A stretch of 64,000 nt of DNA from Massiliimalia sp. (GCA_050943535.1 JBMNPJ010000010.1:28916-92915); one strand, 5' to 3'. Numbered from the stretch's first letter, positions 50,723 through 61,042 are shown. A program made the numbers and translations. The notes: generated by a model from the sequence alone, not told the origin.

Positions 50723-51472
50723 ATGGTTGTACTCAAAAACACCGGTGAAATTAAAAGAATGAGCGCCGCCTGCAAAATCTCCGCGCAAGCCTTAAAGGTT
50801 GCGGGAGAATATATGCAGCCGGGTGTATCCACAAAGGAAATTGACGAAGCGGTGAAAAAATTCATCCTGTCAACTGGGGCAAAACCCAACTTCCTGGGAT
50901 ACGGCGGTTTTCCAGGCAGCGCGTGTATTTCTGTAAACAACGTGGTGATCCATGGGATCCCTTCCAAAAAGATTATCTTGAAAGAAGGGGACATCGTCAG
51001 CGTAGACGTTGGAGCGTTTTATGACGACTTTAACGGCGACAATGCTTATACCTTCGCTGTGGGAGAAATCTCCGACGAAGCAAAGCAGCTGCTGCGGGTC
51101 ACCGAAGAGTGTTTATATAAAGGGATCGAAGCCGCCACTGTAGGAAATCGCATCGGCGATATCTCCCATGCAGTACAGGCGCACGCAGAAAGCTATGGTT
51201 ATGGAGTTGTCCGGAAGTTTGTTGGCCACGGTGTGGGACGCAAGCTTCATGAAGACCCTGAAGTTCCAAACTTTGGGCGTCCGGGACATGGCCTGAGACT
51301 GGCAGCGGGAATGACACTTGCAATTGAACCTATGATCAACCTGATAGGCGAAGATGTAAGGACGTTGGAAGACGGCTGGACAACAGTCACCGCATCCGGA
51401 AGCATAGCAGCTCATTTTGAACACAGTATCGTCATCACCGATGACGGACCGAAAATCCTTACCAAAGCGTAA
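50723..51472 (+). CDS. map: Methionine aminopeptidase type I
   Basis: VIHGIP, SVDVG, GHGVG..HEDP, AIEP and AHFEH motifs. Confidence 0.97.
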   Translation: MVVLKNTGEIKRMSAACKISAQALKVAGEYMQPGVSTKEIDEAVKKFILSTGAKPNFLGYGGFPGSACISVNNVVIHGIPSKKIILKEGDIVSVDVGAFYDDFNGDNAYTFAVGEISDEAKQLLRVTEECLYKGIEAATVGNRIGDISHAVQAHAESYGYGVVRKFVGHGVGRKLHEDPEVPNFGRPGHGLRLAAGMTLAIEPMINLIGEDVRTLEDGWTTVTASGSIAAHFEHSIVITDDGPKILTKA

Positions 51473-51484
51473 CGGAGGGTTCAA

Positions 51485-51763
51485 ATGGCGCAGCGTATTG
51501 AAACCGGCTCGATCGTATGGTCAAAATCCGGTCACGACAGCGGAAGTTTTTACCTGGTGGTAAAGGTGGAAAATGGATTTGCTTATATTGCTGACGGCAG
51601 ACGCCGAAAGCTGAATGCCCCAAAACGCAAAAATATGCGGCACCTAAGCCCGGTAAACCGAATGGTGGACGTGGCAGAAATGGACACTGACAAAAAAATC
51701 AGGCGCGTATTGTGGGACTATAATTTTGGTTTGACAATTCCGTCTCCGAGCAAAGGGGGTTAA
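51485..51763 (+). CDS. KOW-domain RNA-binding protein (L14e-like)
   Basis: [25 protein letters not shown]; conserved position between map and infA. Confidence 0.85.
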   Translation: MAQRIETGSIVWSKSGHDSGSFYLVVKVENGFAYIADGRRRKLNAPKRKNMRHLSPVNRMVDVAEMDTDKKIRRVLWDYNFGLTIPSPSKGG

Positions 51764-51768
51764 TCCGC

Positions 51769-51987
51769 TTGGCAAAAGAAGATGTTATTGAAATTGAAGG
51801 CACTGTAGTAGATACTTTGCCAAACGCTCAGTTCAAAGTTGAACTGCCGAATGGACACACAATTTTGGCCCATATTTCAGGTAAACTGCGTATGAACTTC
51901 ATCCGCATCCTGCCCGGAGACAAAGTAACTGTTGAAATGTCTCCATATGACCTGACAAAAGGGCGCATTACTTGGCGTTCCAAATAA
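51769..51987 (+). CDS. infA: Translation initiation factor IF-1
   Basis: [22 protein letters not shown]. Confidence 0.98.
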   Translation: MAKEDVIEIEGTVVDTLPNAQFKVELPNGHTILAHISGKLRMNFIRILPGDKVTVEMSPYDLTKGRITWRSK

Positions 51988-52094
51988 ATTGGATCAAATG
52001 ATCCGCAAATGGGAATTGAATCATTTTTGAATTCATCACATTAGAGAAAAATCCTCAGTTAAGCCGTTGTTTAGCTGATAAACTAAGGAGGTAA

Positions 52095-52214
<120 letters not shown>

Positions 52215-52300
52215 TAGTGAAACCTTAATGTGGTTAATACATCTATTAAAAACACAGGGACACAAAATGTGTCAGAACTGTTATTGGAGGTGCAACTTTA

Positions 52301-52669
52301 ATGGCTCGTATAGCTGGTGTTGACTTGCCGAGAGATAAAAGAATCGAAATTGGGTTGACTTATATTTTCGGTATTGGTCGTAAATCTGCTGATGATATTC
52401 TTGCAGCAACAGGTGTTAATCCTGACATCCGCGTAAAAGATATCACTGAAGACGATTTAGCAAAACTGCGTGATTATATTGACAAAAACTATGAAGTTGA
52501 GGGTGACCTGCGCAGAAGTACCGCTCTTAACATCAAACGGTTGATTGAAATTGGATGCTACCGCGGCGTGCGTCACAGAAAAGGCCTGCCTGTTAGAGGA
52601 CAGCGTACAAAAACTAACGCTCGTACCAGAAAAGGTCCAAAGAAAACGATCGCTAACAAGAAGAAATAA
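52301..52669 (+). CDS. rpsM: 30S ribosomal protein S13
   Basis: [23 protein letters not shown]. Confidence 0.98.
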   Translation: MARIAGVDLPRDKRIEIGLTYIFGIGRKSADDILAATGVNPDIRVKDITEDDLAKLRDYIDKNYEVEGDLRRSTALNIKRLIEIGCYRGVRHRKGLPVRGQRTKTNARTRKGPKKTIANKKK

Positions 52670-52687
52670 TAGGAGGGATTCTGAGAG

Positions 52688-53089
52688 ATGGCAAAGCAAA
52701 GTGCTACTAAAAAACCAATCCGTAGACGCCGCGAACGTAAAAACATCGAACGTGGTGCTGTTCATATTCAGTCTACCTTTAATAACACAATCGTAACCAT
52801 TACCGATACTCAGGGTAATGCGATTTCTTGGGCAAGCGCTGGTGAAATGGGCTTTAGAGGTTCTAAAAAATCCACACCGTTTGCTGCTCAGACTGCTGCA
52901 GAAACCGCTGCAAAAGCTGCTATGGATCACGGTCTGAAAACCGTTGAAGTATATGTAAAAGGTCCTGGATCCGGACGTGAAGCTGCAATTCGTGCTCTGC
53001 AGGGTGTAGGTTTGGAAGTTTCTATGATTAAAGACGTTACTCCAATTCCTCACAATGGCTGCCGTCCGCCAAAAAGAAGACGTGTTTAA
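52688..53089 (+). CDS. rpsK: 30S ribosomal protein S11
   Basis: [25 protein letters not shown]. Confidence 0.98.
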   Translation: MAKQSATKKPIRRRRERKNIERGAVHIQSTFNNTIVTITDTQGNAISWASAGEMGFRGSKKSTPFAAQTAAETAAKAAMDHGLKTVEVYVKGPGSGREAAIRALQGVGLEVSMIKDVTPIPHNGCRPPKRRRV

Positions 53090-53114
53090 TCTTAATCAGG
53101 AGGTGTACCCATAA

Positions 53115-53744
53115 ATGGCTAGATATACTGGTGCGGTATGTAAAATGTGCCGTCGTGAAGGTCAGAAACTGTTCCTGAAAGGCGAAAGATGCTATTCTGA
53201 TAAATGTTCTTTCACCAGCCGTGGCTATGCTCCAGGCCAGCACGGACAGAACCGCAAAAAGATTTCTGAATATGGTATTCAGTTGAGAGAAAAACAAAAA
53301 GTAAGACGTTACTATGGTATTCTGGAAGGCCAGTTTGCAAAATACTTTGATATGGCTGAAAGAAAACCTGGTATGACCGGTCCGGCTTTGTTGGAAATCT
53401 GTGAATCCCGTCTGGATAACGTTGTTTACAGACTGGGCTTTGCTAGCTCCAGAGCAGAAGCTCGTCAGCTGGTAGTTCATGGTCATTATACAGTAAACGG
53501 CAAACGGGTTGACATTCCTTCTTACCTGGTAAAAGCAGGCGAAGTAATTGCAATCTGTGAAAAGAGCCGTTCTTCTGAAAAAATCAAAGCTGTTTTGGAA
53601 GCAAATGGTTCTCGCCCGGTTCCAATGTGGTTAGAATTAGACAAAGACAAATTAGAAGCAAAAGTTGCTCGTATGCCAAGTCGTGACGATATTGACTACG
53701 AAGTACAGGAAAATCTGATCGTCGAATTCTATTCCAAAAACTAA
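53115..53744 (+). CDS. rpsD: 30S ribosomal protein S4 (Cys-containing form)
   Basis: [28 protein letters not shown]. Confidence 0.98.
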   Translation: MARYTGAVCKMCRREGQKLFLKGERCYSDKCSFTSRGYAPGQHGQNRKKISEYGIQLREKQKVRRYYGILEGQFAKYFDMAERKPGMTGPALLEICESRLDNVVYRLGFASSRAEARQLVVHGHYTVNGKRVDIPSYLVKAGEVIAICEKSRSSEKIKAVLEANGSRPVPMWLELDKDKLEAKVARMPSRDDIDYEVQENLIVEFYSKN

Positions 53745-53874
53745 TTAAATTGTTAGTTTTTGGAAGGAGTCTCTCCGGAGTTATGTTTGATCGGGAGTGT
53801 GTAACTCTAACAATCGCCATGGGAACAAAGAAACTGATGCAGAGCTTTCATTCTGCATTTAGGAGGGTATTTGA

Positions 53875-54825
53875 ATGATTGAAATTGAAAAGCCAAGAAT
53901 TGAGACAGCTGAAATGAAGCCAGACGGTACGTATGGTAAATTCGTTGTAGAGCCTCTTGAACGTGGCTACGGTACCACATTAGGTAACAGCCTAAGAAGA
54001 GTACTGCTCTCCTCTCTACCGGGCGTTGCGGTTGCATCTATCAAAATCGATGGCGTGCAGCACGAATTTTCAACCATTCCCGGTGTTAAAGAAGATGTAA
54101 CAGAGATTGTGCTGAACATCAAAGGATTGACTGCAAAAATTCACGGCGAAGCCCCAAAAACCGTTTACATTGAAGCGGAAGGGGAAGGCCAGGTGACAGC
54201 CGGAGACATTAAAGCGGATTCTGAAGTGGAAATACTCAATCCAACTATGCATATTGCGACTTTGGATCAAGGCGCAAAACTGTATATGGAAATTGTATTG
54301 GACAAAGGCCGCGGATATGTAACTGCTGAACGGAATAAAGCAAAAATCCAAAATATTGTGGGAGCAATCCCAGTAGACAGTATTTATACACCGGTTTTAA
54401 AAGTAAACTATACTGTTGAAAATACACGTGTTGGACAAATTACTGACTATGATAAGTTGAGTCTAGAGGTATGGACTGACGGCACAATTTCAGCAAAAGA
54501 ATCTATATCTCTTGCGGCCAAGGTTCTGAATGAGCATCTTAACTTATTTGTAGATCTATCTGAAGAAGCGGCTAGCGCTGAAATCATGGTAGAAAAGGAC
54601 GATAAAGGTAACGAAAAAGTCCTCGAGATGACTATTGAGGAGCTTGACTTATCTGTACGTTCATTCAACTGCTTGAAACGTGCAGGAATTAATACGGTGG
54701 GCGACTTAATCAATAAATCTGAAGACGACATGATGAAGGTAAGAAACCTGGGTAAAAAGTCTTTGGAAGAAGTTATCTGTAAATTGAATTCTCTGGGTTT
54801 TGATTTGAATCCAGAAGATGAGTAA
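53875..54825 (+). CDS. rpoA: RNA polymerase alpha subunit
   Basis: [30 protein letters not shown]. Confidence 0.98.
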   Translation: MIEIEKPRIETAEMKPDGTYGKFVVEPLERGYGTTLGNSLRRVLLSSLPGVAVASIKIDGVQHEFSTIPGVKEDVTEIVLNIKGLTAKIHGEAPKTVYIEAEGEGQVTAGDIKADSEVEILNPTMHIATLDQGAKLYMEIVLDKGRGYVTAERNKAKIQNIVGAIPVDSIYTPVLKVNYTVENTRVGQITDYDKLSLEVWTDGTISAKESISLAAKVLNEHLNLFVDLSEEAASAEIMVEKDDKGNEKVLEMTIEELDLSVRSFNCLKRAGINTVGDLINKSEDDMMKVRNLGKKSLEEVICKLNSLGFDLNPEDE

Positions 54826-54881
54826 GAGGCAGAAAAACAACTAGATTAAATCCCAAAACCATGTAAGGAGTGAATTTCTAA

Positions 54882-55223
54882 ATGGCAGGAAGCAGAAAAC
54901 TTGGAAGAACCTCTGATCACAGAAAAGCTATGCTGAGAGCTATGGTTACTTTTTTGCTGGAAAACGGTAAAATTGAAACCACAGTATCCAGAGCAAAAGA
55001 GGTTCGTGCTATGACCGAGAAAATGATTACTCTCGGCAAAACAAACGACCTCCACTCCAAGCGTCAGGCATTTGCATACATCACGAAAGAAGATGTGGTT
55101 AAGAAATTATTCGATGAGATTGCACCAAAATACGCTGAAGTAAGCGGTGGTTATACTCGCATCGTTAAGATCGGCCCACGTCGCGGTGACGCTGCTGAGA
55201 TGGCTGTTATTGAATTGATCTAA
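54882..55223 (+). CDS. rplQ: 50S ribosomal protein L17
   Basis: [25 protein letters not shown]. Confidence 0.98.
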   Translation: MAGSRKLGRTSDHRKAMLRAMVTFLLENGKIETTVSRAKEVRAMTEKMITLGKTNDLHSKRQAFAYITKEDVVKKLFDEIAPKYAEVSGGYTRIVKIGPRRGDAAEMAVIELI

Positions 55224-55241
55224 TTTTCAATACGGAAATAG

Positions 55242-55270
55242 AAAAAGCGCTGCAATTGCAGCGCTTTTTT
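55242..55270 (+). terminator. Terminator of the ribosomal protein cluster
   Basis: aaaaagcgctgc/gcagcgcttttt. Confidence 0.85.
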
Positions 55271-55409
55271 ATGTTATGTAAAATAAAACAAATCCGCAAG
55301 AAATCATAAAAACCACAAAAAATTTTGTTAAATATTTTTGCAAAAATGAAGGAATTATTTCGAAATATAATACAAATAGGAAATTATTGTGTAATTATTA
55401 TGGAACTGA

Positions 55410-55438
55410 TTGACAATTAATGGAATTTAATGTAGAAT
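55410..55438 (+). promoter_or_regulatory. sigmaA promoter TTGACA-N17-TAGAAT
   Basis: Near-perfect consensus upstream of the AbrB-like gene. Confidence 0.75.
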
Positions 55439-55490
55439 AATGGTTGTAATCGTTGTAAACAATTGTTCCATTGAAAGAAAGGCGGATAAC

Positions 55491-55742
55491 ATGAAAGCAA
55501 CAGGAATTACAAGACAATTGGACAAATTGGGAAGAATTGTACTGCCCAAAGAACTGCGGAGAACATTAAACATTGAAAACGAAGATTACTTGGAAATTTT
55601 CGTGGAAGACAATGATCGGATTGTTTTGAAAAAGTATGAACCAACCTGCCTGTTTTGCGGCAGCAAACAAAATGTGGTGGAATACAAAGATAAGAAGATC
55701 TGCGCCGCATGTTTAAATGAACTTTCCAAAATGGGAAAATAA
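55491..55742 (+). CDS. abrB: AbrB/MazE/SpoVT-family transition-state regulator
   Basis: MKATGITRQLDKLGRIVLPKELRR..KKYEPTCLFCG. Confidence 0.88.
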   Translation: MKATGITRQLDKLGRIVLPKELRRTLNIENEDYLEIFVEDNDRIVLKKYEPTCLFCGSKQNVVEYKDKKICAACLNELSKMGK

Positions 55743-55755
55743 TTTGTCGAACAGC

Positions 55756-55789
55756 AAAAAGGACCGCTCTTATAAAGAGCGGTCCTTTT
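55756..55789. terminator. Bidirectional terminator between abrB and the HD gene
   Basis: aaaaaggaccgctctt/aagagcggtcctttt. Confidence 0.8.
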
Positions 55790-56366
55790 CATTTTCCAAG
55801 AAATAGGTGGCTTCCATATCAGCTGTGCTTAGGGCAAACGCCAACGGAAACATCTCAAAAGCCTTGGACACACTGCGGCTGTCTTCAGTAGAGGCAAACC
55901 CCATGTGATAGCGGATGGCAAAGGATTCTTCCCGGCTTAGGCGCATAAATCCGCTGATAATGTATACCGATTTTTCTCCGTGACCATAGGGCAGCGGATC
56001 CTCAAATTCAAAGGTGGGAACTTTCTGCCAGACGCCGTTGTCGTCTTTTACATTCCGGAATCCTGGTTTATAGCAGTTGATTTTGCAGATGTCGTGGAGC
56101 AGAGCTACAATAGCAATGCTTTCTTCGGAGGGTTCCAGGTGATACTGTTCTTTCACCCGTGGACGGGAAAGATAGTCTTTTAAGCAGTGATATACATTCA
56201 GGCTGTGCTCCAACAAACCTCCTGGATAGCTGCCGTGAAATCGGGTGCTGGCAGGCGCAGTAAAAAAGTCGGAATGTTTGGAAAGCAGGTACTCTTTCAG
56301 CTTATCTGCTCCGTCCCGATGAATGTGCTGGTCATAAATTGTGAGAAATTTTTCTTTGAAATCCAT
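55770..56366 (-). CDS. HD-domain metal-dependent hydrolase
   Basis: APASTRFHG..GGLLEHS, LLHDICK, GHGEKS and AIRYHMG motifs. Confidence 0.85.
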   Translation of the reverse strand: MDFKEKFLTIYDQHIHRDGADKLKEYLLSKHSDFFTAPASTRFHGSYPGGLLEHSLNVYHCLKDYLSRPRVKEQYHLEPSEESIAIVALLHDICKINCYKPGFRNVKDDNGVWQKVPTFEFEDPLPYGHGEKSVYIISGFMRLSREESFAIRYHMGFASTEDSRSVSKAFEMFPLAFALSTADMEATYFLENEKDRSL

Positions 56367-56442
56367 AAAATCACCTTGTCTTTCTAAAAGAGGGGTATCT
56401 GTTTATTTCCTGAAATTCCCTGTGTGAAACAGGGTTTGTTCC

Positions 56443-56472
56443 TTGACAAGAACATATGTTCTTTGTTATAAT
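56443..56472 (+). promoter_or_regulatory. sigmaA promoter TTGACA-N18-TATAAT (extended -10) with LexA/SOS box GAAC-ATAT-GTTC (56450-56461) in the spacer
   Basis: Matches the Firmicute SOS box core GAAC-N4-GTTC in a repressor position. Confidence 0.8.
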
Positions 56473-56603
56473 AAGTACAGAAAATCAATGAAATGGTAAA
56501 AGAGGGAACAGTTTTATTGTAACCTACGGATCAATTTTTTTCAACGGTCCCCGGCATCCGGGAACGCGGTCTGAACAAAGCCAGGGCAGAAAGGAAGACT
56601 CCT

Positions 56604-57929
56604 ATGGATTTATTTGAAAAACTTCGGATTTTGTCCGATTCCGCAAAGTATGATGTGGCCTGTACATCCAGCGGAGTGGATCGCAAGGCGTCTCCCGGCG
56701 GCATTGGCAGTGCGGCGTCCTATGGGATCTGTCACAGCTTTGCGGCAGACGGGCGGTGTATTTCGCTGTTAAAGGTGCTAATGACCAATTACTGCGTTTA
56801 TGACTGCAGATATTGTGTGAACCGATGTTCCAATGATGTTCCCAGAACGGCGTTTACCCCCAGGGAATTGGCGGATTTGACCATTCAGTTTTATCAGAGA
56901 AATTATATTGAAGGACTGTTTTTAAGTTCCGGGATTTTAAAAAATCCAGATTATACCTGCGAAAAAATGATTCAGGCGCTAGAGATTCTTCGGTATGAAT
57001 ATCATTTTTGCGGTTATATCCACGCAAAAGCTATTCCGGGGGCAGATGAACGGCTGATTTCCCGGCTGGGAATGCTGGCAGATCGAATGAGCATCAATAT
57101 TGAAATGCCCTCTCAAAAAAGTTTACAGATGCTGGCACCCAACAAGAAAAAAGAGGCGATTTTAAAACCCATGAGCTTGATCCGAGAGAAGATTACAGAA
57201 AACAGTACCGACTTGGTGCGCTACCGCCATGCCCCAAAATTTGCTCCGGCAGGGCAAAGCACCCAGATGATCATTGGGGCTACCCCGGAAACCGATTACC
57301 AGATTCTGCGGCTTGCGGAAGGACTGTACCGGAAATATGAGCTGAAACGGGTGTTTTTCTCCGCCTATATGCCGGTGGTGGAACATTCTCTGCTTCCTTC
57401 TCTGGATACAAAACCGCCGCTGCTGCGGGAACACCGCCTATATCAGGCAGATTGGCTTTTGCGGTATTACGGATTTGAGGCAAAGGAAATTCTGGACGAA
57501 GATCACCCCAGCTTTAATCCCCTGGTAGATCCCAAATGTAATTGGGCATTGAATCATATGGAGTTATTTCCGGTAGATGTAAACCGGGCCTCCTACGAGG
57601 TGCTGCTGCGGGTTCCGGGAATCGGGGTAACCAGTGCCCGAAGAATTGTCAAAGCCAGAAAGGCAGGTCCCCTTCACTATGAGGGGCTAAAAAAAATTGG
57701 AGTGGTGCTCAAGCGGGCACAGTATTTTATTACCTGCGGAGGAAAACTGCGGGAAGGGCTTCGGATTACACAGGACGGAATGCTGCGCAGCCTGATTTCC
57801 CAGCAGGGGATCAGCCTTTTGCGCAATGAGCTGGTTTCTGACCAGGCCGAGCAGCTTTCCCTGTTTCGGCAGGAGACTCAGCAGGTGACCGGGGAGGATG
57901 TAAGGCAATGTCTCACAGGACAGATATAA
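56604..57929 (+). CDS. Putative DNA modification/repair radical SAM protein with HhH motifs (TIGR03916-like)
   Basis: NYCVYDCRYC (CxxxCxxC), REHRLYQADWLLRYYGF and LLRVPGIG motifs. Confidence 0.9.
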   Translation: MDLFEKLRILSDSAKYDVACTSSGVDRKASPGGIGSAASYGICHSFAADGRCISLLKVLMTNYCVYDCRYCVNRCSNDVPRTAFTPRELADLTIQFYQRNYIEGLFLSSGILKNPDYTCEKMIQALEILRYEYHFCGYIHAKAIPGADERLISRLGMLADRMSINIEMPSQKSLQMLAPNKKKEAILKPMSLIREKITENSTDLVRYRHAPKFAPAGQSTQMIIGATPETDYQILRLAEGLYRKYELKRVFFSAYMPVVEHSLLPSLDTKPPLLREHRLYQADWLLRYYGFEAKEILDEDHPSFNPLVDPKCNWALNHMELFPVDVNRASYEVLLRVPGIGVTSARRIVKARKAGPLHYEGLKKIGVVLKRAQYFITCGGKLREGLRITQDGMLRSLISQQGISLLRNELVSDQAEQLSLFRQETQQVTGEDVRQCLTGQI

Positions 57930-58765
57930 CATGGGCGAATAAGCCTTTGATTTATGAGTATGACGGCAGTTATGACGGGTTGATGTGCTGTGTATTCGAA
58001 GCATTTCTGTGCAAAGAACTGCCTATGGAAATTCGGTGGGAAGAAACCCCGTTGGGCGGTCTTTGCGGACAGACTGGGTTTGCGCCGGTAAAATGGATTG
58101 AAACAGACAGGGAAAAAGCCAGCCGAGTTAAACGGTGGATTCCCAAAAAGATTTCCCGGGGAGCTGAAGAGCTGGTGCAAAAAGGATTTCTCAGCTGTCT
58201 GGAGCAAAAGGAACTGTGTATTTTACGCTTTTTGGTGCGGGGGTACCAATATGGTCCCGCTGTCATGAACCGGCTTGCAGACCCGGCAGTGCACCCTCTG
58301 TGGAAGGCGGTGGGGCACTATAACAAAGAAGCTCATCTGCTGACTGGGTTTGTCCGGTTTTCGATGCACAATGGGGTGCTGGTCAGTGTTATCGGTCCCA
58401 AAAACATGGTGCTTCCTGCCTTGCAGCTGCATTTCTGCGCCAGATATCCAAACCAAACTTTTATGATTTACGACTCGACTCATGGAATGGCGCTGGTACA
58501 TCAGCCGGGCAGAACGGGAATTATTCCTATGGATGAATTTGTCATGTCAGCGCCGGATGTAGAAGAGCAAAAGTACCGGAAGCTTTGGAAACTGTTTTAC
58601 GATACCATTGCAGTAGAAGGCCGGGAAAATCCCAGATGCCGCATGAGTCATATGCCAAAACGGTACTGGAGCTATATGACCGAGTTTTGTTCCCTTCCAA
58701 CCGATACACCCCAGACAGGAGAACTATCTCCTCATAATCATACAACACCCAGGGCTTTTCCTTGA
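57908..58765 (+). CDS. Putative DNA metabolism protein, TIGR03915/DUF4130-like
   Basis: YDGSYDGLMCCVF, EAHLLTGFVRF and NPRCRMSHMPKRYW; overlaps the radical SAM gene. Confidence 0.88.
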   Translation: MSHRTDITWANKPLIYEYDGSYDGLMCCVFEAFLCKELPMEIRWEETPLGGLCGQTGFAPVKWIETDREKASRVKRWIPKKISRGAEELVQKGFLSCLEQKELCILRFLVRGYQYGPAVMNRLADPAVHPLWKAVGHYNKEAHLLTGFVRFSMHNGVLVSVIGPKNMVLPALQLHFCARYPNQTFMIYDSTHGMALVHQPGRTGIIPMDEFVMSAPDVEEQKYRKLWKLFYDTIAVEGRENPRCRMSHMPKRYWSYMTEFCSLPTDTPQTGELSPHNHTTPRAFP

Positions 58766-58790
58766 AGGAATTCCCTGGGTGTTATATAAT
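58762..58790 (+). promoter_or_regulatory. Promoter TTGAAG-N17-TATAAT overlapping a cccaggg/ccctggg hairpin
   Basis: Suggests the downstream genes are a separate transcription unit. Confidence 0.55.
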
Positions 58791-58863
58791 GGAATCAGAA
58801 AACCGCAGGTAAGCCGTTGCAGGGGAATCTTTCGATGATAAAACAGAAAGGATGGGGTAGCCG

Positions 58864-59235
58864 GTGAAAAGAAAAACAGTGCTTGTCATTATCTGTCTCT
58901 TGTTTTGTCTGGCTGGATGTGTCAGAGAGGACGCACAGCAGCAAAACAGCAACCCTTATTTTAACGCGGCTGTTTTGCAGGTGCAGGACCATTCTGTTCT
59001 GGTAGAGCCGTTTCCCGGGGAAGAAGAGCGCAGGTCTTCGGATCAAATCTGGTTTAGGCTGCCGGAAAACGAGCAAAATTCTAATTTGTCAGTGAAAGAG
59101 GGAGCCTTGATCCGGGTAGTTTATAGCGGTGAAATTATGGAGTCTTATCCAGCTCAGTTGGGGCGGGTATTTGCCGTTTATCCTGTGGATGAGCAGGGAA
59201 ATCTGGTGGAGGAAACCCAATCCACTGAGAAATAA
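58864..59235 (+). CDS. Putative lipoprotein (DUF3221-like OB-type domain)
   Basis: Signal peptide with LAGC lipobox; YSGEIMESYPAQL motif. Confidence 0.7.
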   Translation: MKRKTVLVIICLLFCLAGCVREDAQQQNSNPYFNAAVLQVQDHSVLVEPFPGEEERRSSDQIWFRLPENEQNSNLSVKEGALIRVVYSGEIMESYPAQLGRVFAVYPVDEQGNLVEETQSTEK

Positions 59236-59319
59236 CCCAGAAAACAAAACCGGTTGCCAGACAGAGAAAAATCTGGTATCCTTAAAATACAGCATTCCAG
59301 CAGGCAAGGGGGCAGAAGC

Positions 59320-59922
59320 ATGGAACAAAAGAAAAAACGGTATGAGCATGCGGAATTTGTAGACTGTAATTTTCAGCAGAGAGAATTGAGCGGGTTTGTG
59401 TTTGAACACTGCACCTTTCGCAACTGTAACTGGAAAGAGGCAGTCACCCGGGGATGCCAGTTTGTAAACTGTGATTTTACCTTTGCCCAGATGAACGAAT
59501 CCCGGCATGAAAGCAGCGGGTTTATTAACTGCAAGTTTTACAGTGCCAAACTGTTTGCTGCATCTTTTGTCCAGTGCAAATGCATGGGTTCTGTTTTTAC
59601 TGATGCGGATCTCACAGCCCTAACCATTACCGGAGGCAATTTTGACTATGTGAACTTTCAGGACTGCGATCTGCGGGGCATGAATCTGTCCGGGATGTCT
59701 CTCAAGCAGGCAGATTTGCGCAAAGCGAATTTGCAGAAAGCGGTGATTCGGGATACAGATTTGACCGGCGCTATGCTCAGCGGTGCGAATCTGTTCCAGG
59801 CCGATTTGCGGGACAGCGTGCTGGATGGAGTGTATCTGAAAGATGTGAATTTCAGAAAGACCAAAATAGATCTGCAGCAGGCAGTGCTTCTGGCGGAATG
59901 TTTGGGCGGCATTGTGTGCTGA
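59320..59922 (+). CDS. Pentapeptide repeat protein (Qnr/MfpA-like fold)
   Basis: Tandem [A/C/S]-[D/N/K]-[L/F]-x-x repeats through the whole length; start at MEQKK. Confidence 0.88.
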   Translation: MEQKKKRYEHAEFVDCNFQQRELSGFVFEHCTFRNCNWKEAVTRGCQFVNCDFTFAQMNESRHESSGFINCKFYSAKLFAASFVQCKCMGSVFTDADLTALTITGGNFDYVNFQDCDLRGMNLSGMSLKQADLRKANLQKAVIRDTDLTGAMLSGANLFQADLRDSVLDGVYLKDVNFRKTKIDLQQAVLLAECLGGIVC

Positions 59923-59942
59923 CAAAATGGCAATAGAAAAGG

Positions 59943-60281
59943 ATGGGCAGTATGAATTTGTTTTCTCAAGTTCCCCATACACTTTTTGAGGAGGAACAGG
60001 TACAGGTTATCCATCAGGATGAAACCTGTCGAATTGAACGGATTCTATCCTGTGGTCAGTGTTCACCAGATGGATTCTGGTATGATCAGGAGGAAAACGA
60101 ATGGGTGACCCTGATTCAGGGAGAAGCTATCCTGAATGTAGACGGAAAACAGGTTTCTCTGCATCCGGGAGATTGCATTTTTCTCCCGAAACATCAAAAA
60201 CATCGAGTAGAATATACTAGCAAAAATCCAATTTGTATTTGGGTTTGCGTGTTTTACCCAGAAAAAGGAGAAGAAATATGA
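59943..60281 (+). CDS. Cupin-domain protein
   Basis: IERILSCGQ..WYDQEENEWV..GEA..IFLPKHQKHRV. Confidence 0.8.
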   Translation: MGSMNLFSQVPHTLFEEEQVQVIHQDETCRIERILSCGQCSPDGFWYDQEENEWVTLIQGEAILNVDGKQVSLHPGDCIFLPKHQKHRVEYTSKNPICIWVCVFYPEKGEEI

Positions 60282-60484
60282 ATCAAAAACAATTTGACCG
60301 GATTAACGAACTGGCAAGAAAAGCAAAAACCGTAGGACTCAGCGAAGAGGAAAAAGCAGAACAGAAGGCGCTGCGGGAAGAGTATATTAAGGCATACCGT
60401 GAAAGCCTGCGCAGTCAGCTGGACAACATGGTATTGGTTGATCCAGACGGAACAGAGAGAACCTTAAAACGCAAAGGAAAATAA
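60278..60484 (+). CDS. ynzC: DUF896/YnzC-family protein
   Basis: RINELARKAK..GLSEEEKAEQKALREEYI. Confidence 0.85.
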   Translation: MNQKQFDRINELARKAKTVGLSEEEKAEQKALREEYIKAYRESLRSQLDNMVLVDPDGTERTLKRKGK

Positions 60485-60519
60485 ACCGATCGATGATTCC
60501 AGGAAAGAGGGAATAGGCT

Positions 60520-61032
60520 GTGGAACTGTGGGATTTATATACCGAAAACCGGGAACCCACCGGAGAGGTTCATGTGAGGGGCAAAGCATTGCCAGCGGAA
60601 CGGTACCATTTGGTGGTTCATGTGTGGATCAAAAATCAGAAAGGGCAGTATCTGATCTCCCAGCGTTCTGCCAGCCGGCCAACCTTTCCCCTGATGTGGG
60701 AATGCGTGGGCGGTTCTGTGCTTAAAGGAGAGGACAGTTTTCAGGGGGCCTTGCGAGAGGTACAGGAAGAAGTGGGAATTGATCTTTCCCGCAATATGGG
60801 CAGGCGGCTGTTTACAAAAGTGCGGGGAACCATAGACGGAAAAACCTTTAACGACATTATGGATGTCTGGTTGTTTGCATATGACGGAGAGGCCAATCTG
60901 GCACAGGCGACCACACCGGAAGTAGTACAGAGCCGGTGGATGAGTCCAGATGAGATTCGGGCACTTTATGATAGCCATCAACTGGTAGACAGTTTAAGTT
61001 ATTTCTTTGAAAAGGTTCAAAATGAAACATAA
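60520..61032 (+). CDS. NUDIX hydrolase
   Basis: GGSVLKGEDSFQGALREVQEEVG Nudix box. Confidence 0.9.
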   Translation: MELWDLYTENREPTGEVHVRGKALPAERYHLVVHVWIKNQKGQYLISQRSASRPTFPLMWECVGGSVLKGEDSFQGALREVQEEVGIDLSRNMGRRLFTKVRGTIDGKTFNDIMDVWLFAYDGEANLAQATTPEVVQSRWMSPDEIRALYDSHQLVDSLSYFFEKVQNET

Positions 61033-61042
61033 GGGACAGAAA

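Noticed and set aside
51485-51763. KOW/L14e-like gene as a novel insertion
   Set aside because: It is a regular member of the Firmicute spc-alpha cluster between map and infA.
55745-55751. Spo0A box TGTCGAA near abrB
   Set aside because: It is downstream of the stop codon, not at the promoter, and is a single copy.
58762-59922. Direct SOS control of the pentapeptide gene
   Set aside because: A hairpin and a separate promoter intervene, and no GAAC-N4-GTTC was found upstream.
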